A stretch of 32,000 nucleotides of DNA from Synechocystis sp. PCC 6803 substr. PCC-P (GCF_000284455.1 NC_017039.1:2520001-2552000), one strand, 5' to 3'; shown: positions 19,690 to 30,003, counted from the first letter of the stretch. Numbers and translations: made by a program. The notes: generated from the sequence alone by a model not told the origin.

Positions 19690-20550
19690 TTAAGTAACAT
19701 CGAAAACGCATTGATCGGTTTCGATCATGGTGGGAAAAGTCTTAAAAATGACTGTGCAGGATTTGACATACTGCTGAGCCCATTGTTGAGCCAACTCAAT
19801 TTGCTTTGGGGTCAACTGTTCCTGCTTGGCCCCTTGATAGTTAAGTTTAACGATCTTTTTATCCACCTCAAACTGGGCAAACCATTCTTGTTTGGGCCGG
19901 GCCGATTGTAGATAACGGCTAGCCATGGTACTGCCCAAATAATGATTACCCAAATTACCTAAATATTCAAAAGTCAACAACAGGTCTTCCACCGTCAAGC
20001 TAGTGGGTAGGGGCGCTGGGGATTGAGTCTGAGCTTCAGTTTGAGGATCAGGAGTAGCGCTCCCTGTTTCTTTAATCAGACCAAAGTTTTCCGGTCTAAA
20101 GCCAGCATCAAACTGGGTTTGTTGATTGTATTTTGCCTTGCTTAACTTTGCTCCGGTTAAGTCTGCCCCCGTCAGCAAGGCTCCATGCAAACAGGCATCT
20201 TCAAGATTAGCCCTGGTTAACAAAGCTCCGGCACAAAGGGCATTGTTTAAATGAGCTCCCTGGAGGTTGACTTTAAGCAAAAAAGTTTTTATTAGAGATG
20301 CTTGCCTTAGGTCCGCCTTAGCTAAATTCGCCCCCGACAGATCTGCATTGTTAAAATAGCATCCCTGTAATTTACAGCCTTGCAAATCCGTTCCTCGCAG
20401 GTTAGCTTCACTGAAGTCCGATCCGCTAAAATCCGCCCCTGCTAGGGTGAAGCCATGGAGGTCAATGTGCCGTAGGGCTAAGTTGGGAAAATTGCGTTCC
20501 CCTACCTGGTACTGACGAAGAATTGCCTGGGCTTGATTATTGTCTACCAT
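19690..20550 (-). CDS. Pentapeptide-repeat protein with C-terminal domain of unknown function
   Basis: 286 aa: tandem A(D/N)LXX repeats (LHGFTLAGADFSGSDFSEANLRGTDLQGCKLQGCYFNNADLSGANLAKADL...). Confidence 0.92.
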   Translation of the reverse strand: MVDNNQAQAILRQYQVGERNFPNLALRHIDLHGFTLAGADFSGSDFSEANLRGTDLQGCKLQGCYFNNADLSGANLAKADLRQASLIKTFLLKVNLQGAHLNNALCAGALLTRANLEDACLHGALLTGADLTGAKLSKAKYNQQTQFDAGFRPENFGLIKETGSATPDPQTEAQTQSPAPLPTSLTVEDLLLTFEYLGNLGNHYLGSTMASRYLQSARPKQEWFAQFEVDKKIVKLNYQGAKQEQLTPKQIELAQQWAQQYVKSCTVIFKTFPTMIETDQCVFDVT

Positions 20551-20793
20551 CGAAAATTTTTCCGCTGCCGAGACTGCCGGTCAATTAAGATTAACCCTAT
20601 CTAGTGCAAACCATAGCATTGAGTGGGTAACTTGTTGTCAACCCTTCATTGTACCTTGCAAATATGGAGCAGGGGTTAGCTTCCATACTCCAGCTAAGTC
20701 CCTCCAAAGTATTGGTATTTGGAGGATTTGGAACTTTCCCTTTGAGCATCAAAAAGAAGGGTGCGACCAAAATTTTTTTCTAGGAGGCCAACT

Positions 20794-21513
20794 ATGGGCA
20801 TATCAAAACTTTCTAAATTTTCTGCATCCGTGCTCTTGTCCGGTGCGATACTCACCACCTTGCCCCCCTCTCCCCTCTGGGCTAACGAAATGCAACAATT
20901 GCTCACTGTCACCGGCCAAGCTTCGGAGTCTGTCCCCACCACCCTAACGGAGGCTCAGCTAACAGTGGAAGTCCAAGCCGATACCGCTGACCAGGTGCAA
21001 ACGGCGATCGCCGAACGGAGTAACCGTCTGGTGGCCTATCTACGCAGTCAAAGGGTGGATAAATTACAAACCCAAGGACTCCAACTCCAACCCAATTATG
21101 TTTACAGCAATAACGAAAGAAGACTGGAAGGTTACATCGGCAGTAACACCGTCAGTTTTCAGTACCCAAGCGACCAAGTGGGAAAAATCCTTGATGAAGC
21201 TGTGCGGGCCGGGGCCAGTCGCATCGATGGTATCCGCTTTATTGCCACTCCTGAAACCCTCAAAGCGGCTGAGCAAAAGGCCCTAGTAGCCGCCACCGCC
21301 GATGCCCAAGCCCAAGCTCGGGTGGTGTTGTCCAGTTTGAATCTAACGCCTCAAAACATTGTCCGTATTGTCATTAACCCTAGCCCGGACCAACCCATGC
21401 CCCTTTTTCGGGGCGCCCTGGCCGCCTCCCCCATGGCAGAGTCTGCTCCCACCCCCATTATTAGCGGTGACCAAACAGTGCAGGCCACAGTAACTTTGGA
21501 AATTGCCTATTAA
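20794..21513 (+). CDS. SIMPL domain (DUF541) secreted/periplasmic protein
   Basis: Signal-like MGISKLSKFSASVLLSGAILTTLPPSPLWA, then LLTVTGQASESVPTTLTEAQLTVEVQADTADQVQTAIAERSNRLVAYLRSQRVDKLQTQGLQLQPNY. Confidence 0.88.
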   Translation: MGISKLSKFSASVLLSGAILTTLPPSPLWANEMQQLLTVTGQASESVPTTLTEAQLTVEVQADTADQVQTAIAERSNRLVAYLRSQRVDKLQTQGLQLQPNYVYSNNERRLEGYIGSNTVSFQYPSDQVGKILDEAVRAGASRIDGIRFIATPETLKAAEQKALVAATADAQAQARVVLSSLNLTPQNIVRIVINPSPDQPMPLFRGALAASPMAESAPTPIISGDQTVQATVTLEIAY

Positions 21514-21550
21514 CTAATGTCAAATGATAAGCCTTATTTTCCTAGATCTG

Positions 21551-22204
21551 TTAAGGAGTGGGGCCATTGGGGGGATTGCCATTACCCGGCTGGACCAAAT
21601 TAGGGGGGTTGCCGGGGTTCCCTTCCGGCTCCCGAATTTCGGGGATGGGCAGCCAGTAGAGCACCAGGGCAAAAACCGCTAAGCCCAAAGCTCCCAAGCT
21701 GGCAGGAATGGCCCGTTGCACAAAGGGTTCATCCGATTGTCGGTGGCGGCGGGACAGGGGCTCCAGGGTAAGGGAAAAATCCGGTAAGGTATGCCGATCG
21801 CCAATAAACTGATCCACCGCTTCCACTAGGTCAAAAAGTTCCACAGTGCTTAGGTCAACGGCGATCGCCTCGGAGGATTCATCGGCCGGCGGATGCCACA
21901 CCAAACGGTGCAGGGCCTGATCCGGCAGGGGCATTAACTCGGCCCATTCCCCATTTTCCCCCTTGGTTTCTGCGGGGTGGGGAATCCCACTCAAACAACC
22001 CTGGGCGTAACTGTTGACCGCCTTGGCCAAGGCTTCCAGAAAAGCCCTCCCCCCCTCTAAACTTTGATTGGTACTGAGAAACTGACAACGGGCATTGAGA
22101 ATGATTTGCAAATCCCCGTTGCTAGAACCGGGGTCAGTGCCGCTGGCCATGCCCTCCAGGGTGAGGGTACAGTTGGGTAGGCGATAGGGTCGTTGAATAT
22201 TCAA
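21551..22204 (-). CDS. DUF4335-type conserved cyanobacterial protein with C-terminal TM and Pro-rich tail
   Basis: 217 aa: IQRPYRLPNCTLTLEGMAS ... TMS near C-terminus; 4-nt overlap with upstream gene. Confidence 0.72.
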   Translation of the reverse strand: MNIQRPYRLPNCTLTLEGMASGTDPGSSNGDLQIILNARCQFLSTNQSLEGGRAFLEALAKAVNSYAQGCLSGIPHPAETKGENGEWAELMPLPDQALHRLVWHPPADESSEAIAVDLSTVELFDLVEAVDQFIGDRHTLPDFSLTLEPLSRRHRQSDEPFVQRAIPASLGALGLAVFALVLYWLPIPEIREPEGNPGNPPNLVQPGNGNPPNGPTP

Positions 22205-22869
22205 GCTACTTCTCCGTCAAACAAGCTGATCCATAAACGTTCCATGCCAATGGTGCCGGTGCAAAACATCAATTGGTTAAGCAAACCCAGGGCAAAATCG
22301 TCCATGGCCGGTTCCGAAGCCAACAACACCGATACTTTAGCCCGGCGGGGATTCATCCGGCTACTAAAATGGGAACGGAATTGGTCTAGGTAATCCGACA
22401 GTAAAAAATTGGTGCCCACTGGCAACTGTTTGGCTCGCATTTGTCGTTCCGCAATTAGTAATTGCCGCATGGTTACATTTAACGGCTTGGCCTGGTAGTG
22501 GGCGATCGCCGTCAGGGCCTTAGCTTGGTCTAGGGTGAGTAGGGTGCGGTTATAGGAACGTCGCCAGGGGTTAGTACAGCGTAACCGCCACAGGGCTAGA
22601 GCATGGGGAATGATGGATTGCAAACCTAAACTTTCCGCACTGGCTAACATTTTCGACGCCGAGCCCACATCCAAAGCCTCGATCGCCAGTAATAGCAAAT
22701 CAAGGCGTTGCTGTAACTGGCTGGCACACCGCTGATTAGACAGGGGAAAATCCGGCAAAGTTTTTAGCACAGCGGCCTGTTCTTCAACAACAACAGCGGC
22801 ATCAGACATGGGCGAAGTTAACACAGGCTGAGTTGGGCAAAGGAAAATAACAGTAAAAAGGGCGACCAA
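22201..22869 (-). CDS. DUF3038-type conserved cyanobacterial protein
   Basis: 222 aa: QQRLDLLLLAIEALDVGSASKMLASAESLGL ... WRLRCTNPWRRSYNRTLLTLDQAKALTAI; operon-like overlap with the DUF4335-type gene. Confidence 0.72.
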   Translation of the reverse strand: MVALFTVIFLCPTQPVLTSPMSDAAVVVEEQAAVLKTLPDFPLSNQRCASQLQQRLDLLLLAIEALDVGSASKMLASAESLGLQSIIPHALALWRLRCTNPWRRSYNRTLLTLDQAKALTAIAHYQAKPLNVTMRQLLIAERQMRAKQLPVGTNFLLSDYLDQFRSHFSSRMNPRRAKVSVLLASEPAMDDFALGLLNQLMFCTGTIGMERLWISLFDGEVA

Positions 22870-22948
22870 AGGATCGGAGGAAATGACCTAAACAACGATC
22901 TAAACTCTGACACTGCCAACCATGGTATCGCATCGGGTCGGACTCCCA

Positions 22949-24208
22949 TCAAAAACCACGGCTGACCAGGAAAAAGCCAGTCTGCAGACCACCAATAATC
23001 AACCCTAGCACTCCCCCCAAGTTGACAATGGCCTGGAGTTCGCTGCGCACAATGGCCTGGACAGCGGTTTCCAGCTCGGCGGCGGGGGTTTCATTAATAC
23101 GGTTGATAATCACCTGGTCAATGGCCAGGATGGGGATAATTTGCTTAACAATTTTTTCTAGGTCATCCTCCAAATACCGTTCCAAAATTGAGGCCAATTC
23201 CTCACTTACCAAGCCCAAGGAGCCGGTTACCGCTGTGGAAGACTGGAGCCGATTGACAATGAGCACCGCCACATTATCCCAATCCACCGAGCTACCAAAA
23301 TCCTTCAGCAATGGTTCCCCCCGCTCCCGAATATAGGTCCGCACCACTTCCCCTGTGGTCCGCCGTAGTTGTCGCACCGTCGAAACCGGTAAATTTTCCA
23401 GGGACAATTGCTGTAGCCAGTCCTTGAGGCGATTCCGAATTTCTAGGGAAAGCAATAATTCCTTCAAGCGTAAATTGGCCGTTTCCTTTTCCTCCAGGCA
23501 AAAAGCCCGCAAACGGGTGAGGGAATTACGCACCCCAAATAAATTGGCCACCACCCAATAGGTGCCACTGGTTTTTTCTCGAAAACCCTCATCAATCACC
23601 TGGATATTGCGATCGCTCAAAAAGTCCACCAACGCCAAACGAATCGTGTCCGGCGGCAACACTGTGCCCAGTAACCAATCAGCAAACTGACGGGATTGTA
23701 ATTCCGACAGCCGAAATTCCAGCAAAATTTGGTCAAAAATACGGTTAATCTGGTCCGAGAGAAAATTATCCTGCCGAGCCAGGGCTTTTAATAGGCGGGG
23801 TAAAGATTCACTAAATAAATCTCGTAAAATATTGGCGAGAATTTGGGCGGTTTTTTGTTGCTTATCTTCCCGAATTTGCTTTAGGGCCAATTGCAATAAC
23901 CATCCTAAAGCTCCCTCTACCCGCTCCCGTTGCAGTAGTTTACGGGCCAGCCGTTGTAGCTCCTCCGGGGTCAGCAAAGAACCCATAATGGTGTCGGAAA
24001 CCCTCTTAGCCAGTCGTTCCTGGTTGCGGGGAATTAATCCAGGAGTAAAGGGGAGTTGATAGGGGCCCAGAAAGAGAGGTTTGTAGGGACGAAAGAGCAT
24101 TTTGATGGCTAAATCGTTGGTGAAATAGCCAATAATTCCCCCCGCAATGGGTGGTAAAGCTAGGGAGAGGAGTAGGGAGTAATTAATCATCATCAAAGGC
24201 AAGGGCAT
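22949..24208 (-). CDS. DUF445 family membrane protein
   Basis: 419 aa: [56 protein letters not shown]...; C-terminal [17 protein letters not shown]. Confidence 0.87.
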
Positions 24209-24353
24209 GGAATCCCCGACCCAAACTGAACGGTATGGAAGTTTTGTTTAAGTAATGGTTGCGAAAAGGGAAAGTTAAAAGTTCTCGTCAGTGCCAACAA
24301 ACAAATTTCCCCTCCTTCCCAAGGTAGTAAATACTGCAATGGCGGATCAAAGA

Positions 24354-24881
24354 TCACTGTCTCAGCTTTAGTAAATGTTCCTGTACCACCGGTGGTAAAC
24401 GGCGCATAATTTTGCCCTTGGCAGGGTCGATCGCCACTAGGGTAATTTTGCCAGTTACACAGGGTTCCCCGGTTTCCAGACAAACAATTTGATTTTGCCA
24501 TTCCAGCCGCACTTTCTGAATTTCTTGCATTTGCACTTTAATCACTGCTGTTTGTCCCAAGCGGATGGCTCGGTGGTACCGTAGGGCCAGGCTCACCACA
24601 GGTAAATCACAACCCAGCTTGACCAAGTCGGCAAAATCCACTCCAATGGACCGCAAACATTCCACTCGGGCGGTTTCCAGCCAGGTTAGGTAGGTGCCAT
24701 GCCAAACAACGCCGCCGTAATCAGTGTGGTGGGGTTGTACCCGGACCATAATCTCAAACCACTTTTCGGTCACAGCTTCCAGTTCCTGTTGGTGAACTAG
24801 ACAATGGTCTCCCTGGGGGCTTGGGGGTAATTGGGGCTTGGGGGAATCACTCACAGTCAATCTAAAGGGGGCATTAAACAA
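24354..24881 (-). CDS. Hotdog-fold thioesterase, probable 1,4-dihydroxy-2-naphthoyl-CoA thioesterase; exact start uncertain (an internal start at MVRVQPHHTDYGG is possible)
   Basis: VRVQPHHTDYGGVVWHGTYLTWLETARVECLRSIGVDFADL, 4HBT/YbgC-like catalytic motif; adjacent downstream of menC. Confidence 0.85.
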   Translation of the reverse strand: MFNAPFRLTVSDSPKPQLPPSPQGDHCLVHQQELEAVTEKWFEIMVRVQPHHTDYGGVVWHGTYLTWLETARVECLRSIGVDFADLVKLGCDLPVVSLALRYHRAIRLGQTAVIKVQMQEIQKVRLEWQNQIVCLETGEPCVTGKITLVAIDPAKGKIMRRLPPVVQEHLLKLRQ

Positions 24882-24893
24882 CGCTGATCCCCA

Positions 24894-25856
24894 TCATACC
24901 GAGTCCGGGGTGGCCTCTGTTATGGGTTCCCTTAGGGGAGCAAAGCCAACGGCATGGTCTGGTAAGTTCCACTTTTGGGCCAGGGCCAACACTTGACCCC
25001 TGGCGATCGCCGTTTCAAACACGGAGGAAAAAATGGCGGGGATGGGATGGGTTTTTAACCAATGGTTCAGTACCCTAGGATTCCCCATGATGGCGGCTTT
25101 GAGGATGTAAAGCCCGGACCAACCTTTATCGTAGAGTTGGGCGAGTTGAGCTAAGCTGCATACCGCTTCGTCTAGGGCGATGGAGGTAGCAAAATCTTCT
25201 TGCAGTCGAAACATCTCGTCAATTTCCCCAGGAGGCAGGGGTTGCTCCAGGTATTGAATTTTGGGCCCAGAATTTTCCCTTTGGCGATCGAGGAGAGTTA
25301 ACCATTGTTGGGCGATGTCCACACTCAAACCGCCGTTGGCATCGAGGCGAATTTGACAGCCTTCCGGTAACCGTCGCCATAACTGCCCATACAAATCCCT
25401 TTCTACAGCAAAATCCCCGACGCCAATTTTCCATTTAAACGTGCTAGCTCCCAACTGGGGATTGGAGGCGAGATAATCCAGGGCGGCCTCCCCTGTAGGC
25501 AAAAGTTGACAGTAACTGAGAGAGTTGGGGGAATTTTCAATCACACTGCCGCTCTCTAACTCCCACTCCGCTGAGCCAAAGGCAAACCCACAACAGGGTA
25601 GGCGATCGCCAATTTTCTCAATTTGCGCGGGGGTAATCCGACCTTTTAAACTGCGGCAAAAATCCGTGGCGCTGGCTAAATCTTCCGTGCCAAACCAGGG
25701 TAGGGGAGCAATTTCTCCTCGGCCCCTGTTACCCCTTTGGTCGGTTAACTCCACAATCAAGCCCCGTCGCCGTTGCCAATGGCCATGGGCTGTTACCACT
25801 GGCTTAGGCAGGGGGAAATTGTAGGAATAAAATTTAACGTGATAGGGTTTATCCAT
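24894..25856 (-). CDS. menC: o-Succinylbenzoate synthase
   Basis: 320 aa enolase-superfamily protein: [60 protein letters not shown]. Confidence 0.9.
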
Positions 25857-25903
25857 GGCCCAGGCTGGGATTAACGGCTACATTAATCTCAAAAAATAAA
25901 GAA

Positions 25904-25927
25904 AAGAGAGGTATTTTTACCTCCCTT
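25904..25927 (-). terminator. Candidate terminator after the cyclophilin gene (minus strand)
   Basis: GAGGTA-TTTT-TACCTC hairpin, followed on the minus strand by a T-rich stretch (CTCTTTTCTTTATTTTTT). Confidence 0.45.
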
Positions 25928-25959
25928 AATAAAGTTTCTGACAATGGTTCACTGATTTA

Positions 25960-27099
25960 TCAACTATTGCCGTTAACTAAATTGTCTGCACCGCTAATTA
26001 CTTTGGCGGAAACAATTTTGTCCCCTTCACTCAACTGTTCCAACGTTTCTTTCCCGTCCACCACATAACCGAAGACCGAATAACGGCCATCCATCAAATT
26101 AAACCCCGGTGGAGTTAGCTCGGTATCAAACTTAAAGAAGAAAAATTGGGAAGAACCACCATTGGGTTCCGTTTCCGGCCGAGCCAAGGCGATCGCCCCG
26201 TAGGCATTGAAAGGTAAGGCCAATTCCGGTAAGTACATGCCGGCATCTTCCAAGGTCATGCCATAGATGGGGCCCTCTTCTCCCTTGACCAAAATTTCCA
26301 GGGGAATGGCCCGGTATTCTTTGGTTTGGGGGTCAATAAAGCCCGCTTCTGGCCCTGGGGGATCCCCCGCTTGAGTCACAAAGAAATCTTCCGAACGGAT
26401 AAAAGGTAAACCGTCATAGAATTTGCGTTGCACCAAATCCACAAAGTTACCGGCGTTAATGGGGGCGCTGTAGCCATCCACCACAATGGTCAGGGGACCC
26501 TTATTGGTGGTCATTTCCACCGTGGCCCGGCCCTTGAGTTGAGGAAGATTAGCAAATTCTTCAGGAATGGCAAAGGGGAAATCCGTCACCATCAGGGCTT
26601 CCAAATCCCCGATCGCCGTCAGGGCTGATTTACGGAAGCTAATCACCTGTTCTTTATCCTTAGCCTCTACTGCTTCGGTTAGGGCAGTTAAATCGGTTTT
26701 GATACTGCCCAATAAAGTTTCCGCCTCCGGTTGGCGATCGGCCGGTACCCCAGCAAGAATCTTATCTTCCTTCAAGGTGATGGTCAGATTAGCCGCCCGC
26801 ACATCTTTTTTAATCGCCGGCCAACGCTTAGCCCGGATGTGGTTAGAAATATCTTCCAAGCTGTCCTGCAAGCGCCGCACCTCTGGATTATCGATGGGCA
26901 GAGCGTAGCGCAAAATGGCATTGGGATCCGTAATGGCATTGCCCTGGGCCAAAGCACCCAACAGCATCGGCTGGTTCAAAGGCAAGCTCCATCCCGGCAT
27001 AGCCCATGTCAGAGATAGCATGGTTAGCAACAAGGACAACAAGCTCAATTGCAGGCCCCGTCGGGTAATTATCCCCAGGGGAGTTTTAATAATTTGCAT
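25960..27099 (-). CDS. Cyclophilin-type peptidyl-prolyl isomerase, TLP40/CYP38-like, exported
   Basis: Signal peptide (ISLLLLTML-type segment ending GWS), N-terminal helical region, cyclophilin-like VEMTTNKGPLTIVVDGYSAPINAGNFVDLVQRKFYDGLPFIR ... GSSQFFFFKFD. ORF opens at 27168; start assigned at MQIIKTPLG. Confidence 0.88.
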   Translation of the reverse strand: MQIIKTPLGIITRRGLQLSLLSLLLTMLSLTWAMPGWSLPLNQPMLLGALAQGNAITDPNAILRYALPIDNPEVRRLQDSLEDISNHIRAKRWPAIKKDVRAANLTITLKEDKILAGVPADRQPEAETLLGSIKTDLTALTEAVEAKDKEQVISFRKSALTAIGDLEALMVTDFPFAIPEEFANLPQLKGRATVEMTTNKGPLTIVVDGYSAPINAGNFVDLVQRKFYDGLPFIRSEDFFVTQAGDPPGPEAGFIDPQTKEYRAIPLEILVKGEEGPIYGMTLEDAGMYLPELALPFNAYGAIALARPETEPNGGSSQFFFFKFDTELTPPGFNLMDGRYSVFGYVVDGKETLEQLSEGDKIVSAKVISGADNLVNGNS

Positions 27100-27214
27100 C
27101 ATAATGATTGTGGTTTGTTCTCCAGCATAGGGGGCAACAGCAAAATTTTCCCACTTCAACGCCCCCATCCCCTAGTAGAATGTTGGGTGAACTTTTGAGT
27201 CTTCCTTGGCTTCC

Positions 27215-27778
27215 ATGATATCCAGTAACGATTTTCGCACAGGTACCAGTATTGTGATGGACGGCGCAGTCTGGAAGGTGGTGGAATTCCTCCACGTTAA
27301 ACCAGGCAAGGGTTCCGCCTTTGTGCGGACCAAGCTCAAAAGTGTTCAAACCGGCAACGTGGTGGAAAAAACTTTCCGGGCGGGGGAAACGGTGCCCCAG
27401 GCCAACATCGAAAAATCAGTGATGCAACATACCTATAAAGATGGGGACCAATATGTCTTTATGGATATGGAAACCTTTGAAGAGGTGAGCATTGCCCCCG
27501 ATACCCTGGGAGACAAGGCCAAATTCATCAAAGAGGAGATGGAAGTCAGCGTTGTCACTTGGGATGGCACCATTCTGGATGTGGAATTGCCTACCAGCGT
27601 TGTGCTGGAAATTGTTGAAACTGACCCCGGTGTGAAGGGAGATACGGCCACTGGCGGCACCAAGCCAGCCATTTTGGAAACCGGTGCCCAGGTAATGGTG
27701 CCCCTATTCATTGCCCAGGGAGAAAGGATTAAAGTTGATACCAGGGATGGTTCCTACCTAGGACGGGACAATGCCTAA
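27215..27778 (+). CDS. efp: Elongation factor P
   Basis: [42 protein letters not shown] ... [25 protein letters not shown]. Confidence 0.98.
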   Translation: MISSNDFRTGTSIVMDGAVWKVVEFLHVKPGKGSAFVRTKLKSVQTGNVVEKTFRAGETVPQANIEKSVMQHTYKDGDQYVFMDMETFEEVSIAPDTLGDKAKFIKEEMEVSVVTWDGTILDVELPTSVVLEIVETDPGVKGDTATGGTKPAILETGAQVMVPLFIAQGERIKVDTRDGSYLGRDNA

Positions 27779-27885
27779 GCTGTGCTTAACTTGATCAATT
27801 GGGTAGATGGATTTTAACCCGTAGGCTCATTGGTCAGCTCAAGCTTTACTAATCGTATTTTGTTGTATTGGGGGGTGGGTAATTC

Positions 27886-28350
27886 GTGGCTATTAACTTT
27901 ACGGAACTGCGGGAATTGTTGGGGGTAATTTCCCAAAGTAATATCACGGAGTTCAGTCTAAAAAGCGGCGATTTTGAGGTGTCAGTCCGTAAGGATGGTA
28001 TGGCCGGCGGCATCTCCGTTGTCCCTCAGGCGATCGCCCCCCAGCCTGCCCCGGTGGTTTCTGCCTCAGTTCCCTCCCCCGAAGTTGCGGCCCCATCCCC
28101 AGCGGATCAAAAGTGGACGGCGATCGTTTCCCCCATGGTGGGTACTTTTTACCGAGCCCCAGCCCCGGATGAGCCTCCCTTTGTGGAAGTGGGAGATGCA
28201 GTCAGCAAAGGCCAGGGAGTGTGCATCATTGAAGCAATGAAGTTAATGAATGAAATTGAAGCGGAAGTGGCGGGGCAAGTGATGGAGATTGTGGTGGAAA
28301 ATGGGGAGCCGGTGGAATACGGTCAAACCCTAATGTGGATTAAACCCTAG
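27886..28350 (+). CDS. accB: Biotin carboxyl carrier protein of acetyl-CoA carboxylase
   Basis: 154 aa; biotinylation motif CIIEAMKLMNEIEAE, PMVGTFYRAPAPDEPPFVEVGD. Confidence 0.98.
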   Translation: MAINFTELRELLGVISQSNITEFSLKSGDFEVSVRKDGMAGGISVVPQAIAPQPAPVVSASVPSPEVAAPSPADQKWTAIVSPMVGTFYRAPAPDEPPFVEVGDAVSKGQGVCIIEAMKLMNEIEAEVAGQVMEIVVENGEPVEYGQTLMWIKP

Positions 28351-28579
28351 AGGTCCCTTTAAAATGTCCTTTGCCCCGAAGTTTGCAAGGAACTTCGGTA
28401 AACCCCCCCCCTATCATTTGAGTTTTAGTGGAGCCATTTAGAATAGAAACCCAAATTTCGCGGCACAGGATCTAAACTCCATTCTGCTTGACCCTGGTTC
28501 GAGATACCGTTTGGGTGCTTCCAACTCGGTGGGTTATCATAGAAGGCGATCGCCACAGCGGCCCTGATCTTTTCCAGTT

Positions 28580-29473
28580 GTGCCGACTTCCCCAACAATG
28601 ACTAGCGTCCCCATTGCCCGTTCCCCGCGCCCCAGTTATCAGCAAATAAATCAACATCAACCCAGTGATAGTGCCCTGGGGTTAGTCTCCACCAGAAGCT
28701 TTCCGGCGATCGTGGGGACAGCAGACATGATGCTGAAATCTTCCCAAGTGACCCTGGTGGGCTACGAAAAAATTGGCAGTGGCTACTGTACCGCAGTGGT
28801 ACGGGGCAAGGTGGCCGATGTGCGCCTAGCAGTGGAAGAGGGGGCCAGAACAGCAGAACAGTTTGGCCAGTTAGTGTCGAAATTGGTTATTCCCCGGCCC
28901 ATGCCCAACCTCCAGGCGGTATTCCCCATCGGTAGTCATCTGGTAGAACTTGCTCAACAGCAACGGGGTTACAGTCGTTTGAGCAATCGATCCATTGGCC
29001 TATTGGAAACCAGAGGTTTTCCGGCTATGGTGGGGGCCGCCGATGCCATGCTCAAATCCGCCGATGTGCAGCTAGCTTCCTACGAAATTATTGGAGATGG
29101 CCTTTGCACCGCCATTGTCCGGGGAACGGTGGCCAATGTGGCCATGGCGATCGAGGTGGGGATGCAGGAAGCAGAACGCATTGGGGAACTCCACGCAGTA
29201 ATGATCATTCCCCGATTGTTAGAGGATTTGGAACATACCCTGCCAGTAGCCACCTATTGGTTGGACGAAAATGAACCTCTACCGATGTTACTGCCCAATC
29301 AAGTCCGGGAAAAACAACGGCAATTGGTGGCCTTACCGGAATTAGAAAAGGCTGTAGTACCCCAACGTCAGGCAAAACCGTTGCCTTTGCAAGAGAAAAC
29401 AGAAGCTCCCTTAGTTCTAGAAAAAGAGGCGGAAAAGCCCATAGTGGAAGTGCTAGGTCCAGAAATTGATTAG
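28580..29473 (+). CDS. ccmO: Carboxysome shell protein CcmO, tandem BMC domains
   Basis: Two BMC domains in one chain: ALGLVSTRSFPAIVGTADMMLKSSQVTLVGYEKIGSGYCTAVVRGKVADV and SIGLLETRGFPAMVGAADAMLKSADVQLASYEIIGDGLCTAIVRGTVANV. GTG start at 28580, or ATG (MTSVPIARSP) at 28598. Confidence 0.95.
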   Translation: MPTSPTMTSVPIARSPRPSYQQINQHQPSDSALGLVSTRSFPAIVGTADMMLKSSQVTLVGYEKIGSGYCTAVVRGKVADVRLAVEEGARTAEQFGQLVSKLVIPRPMPNLQAVFPIGSHLVELAQQQRGYSRLSNRSIGLLETRGFPAMVGAADAMLKSADVQLASYEIIGDGLCTAIVRGTVANVAMAIEVGMQEAERIGELHAVMIIPRLLEDLEHTLPVATYWLDENEPLPMLLPNQVREKQRQLVALPELEKAVVPQRQAKPLPLQEKTEAPLVLEKEAEKPIVEVLGPEID

Positions 29474-29508
29474 CTAAACGGGGCGTTAGAGGGCTATTGG
29501 AAGCCGGC

Positions 29509-29994
29509 TTAGGTATTTTGGGCATCAAGGAGATTTCCCTGAAGGGCTATGCTGGGCATTCTGCGGACCTCGATGATTTCCTTGCCCAACTTGTGTATGT
29601 CATCGTCTTCCGAGTAGATGCATGATGCTTTCTGGGCTAGGGCAACAGCTAAGACCATCATGTCAATTTTCATCTTTTCCCGCTGGATGCCTAATTCTTC
29701 CCTCAGCCCCCACTTATTGATATGGATTTTGCCGTATTCAATACTCGCTGGAACGTCAAATGGTACTATTTTGGTCCTTCGAGAAATCTCTTCCATGACT
29801 CTTGGGTTGTCTTGAGGATTGCATCCCATCAGTAACTCGGCAAAAACGGGAGCCGGTATAATGATATGGTTGCGGTTGGCTTCCAGCTGATTCATTAGAG
29901 CTTCTGCCTTTGGGATGTTTTCTTGACGGTCGGAGGATGATTGCCTTTGAATGCCCCACACGACAATATTTGTATCAAGACAAATAATACTCAT
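29509..29994 (-). CDS. PIN-domain protein (VapC-like RNase/toxin candidate)
   Basis: 161 aa with all expected acidic PIN positions: CLDTNIVVW, FAELLMG, KIDMMVLAVALAQKA, SEDDDI. Confidence 0.88.
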   Translation of the reverse strand: MSIICLDTNIVVWGIQRQSSSDRQENIPKAEALMNQLEANRNHIIIPAPVFAELLMGCNPQDNPRVMEEISRRTKIVPFDVPASIEYGKIHINKWGLREELGIQREKMKIDMMVLAVALAQKASCIYSEDDDIHKLGKEIIEVRRMPSIALQGNLLDAQNT

Positions 29995-30003
29995 TTCAGT
30001 GCA

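Noticed and set aside
20540-20947. 135-aa + strand ORF upstream of the SIMPL-domain gene
   Set aside because: Overlaps the SIMPL-domain gene in another frame and the end is low-quality sequence (PPCPPLPSGLTKCNN); no support as a gene.
24193-24501. 102-aa minus-strand ORF between DUF445 and thioesterase genes
   Set aside because: Overlaps the start of the DUF445 gene and the end of the thioesterase gene, with no recognised family.
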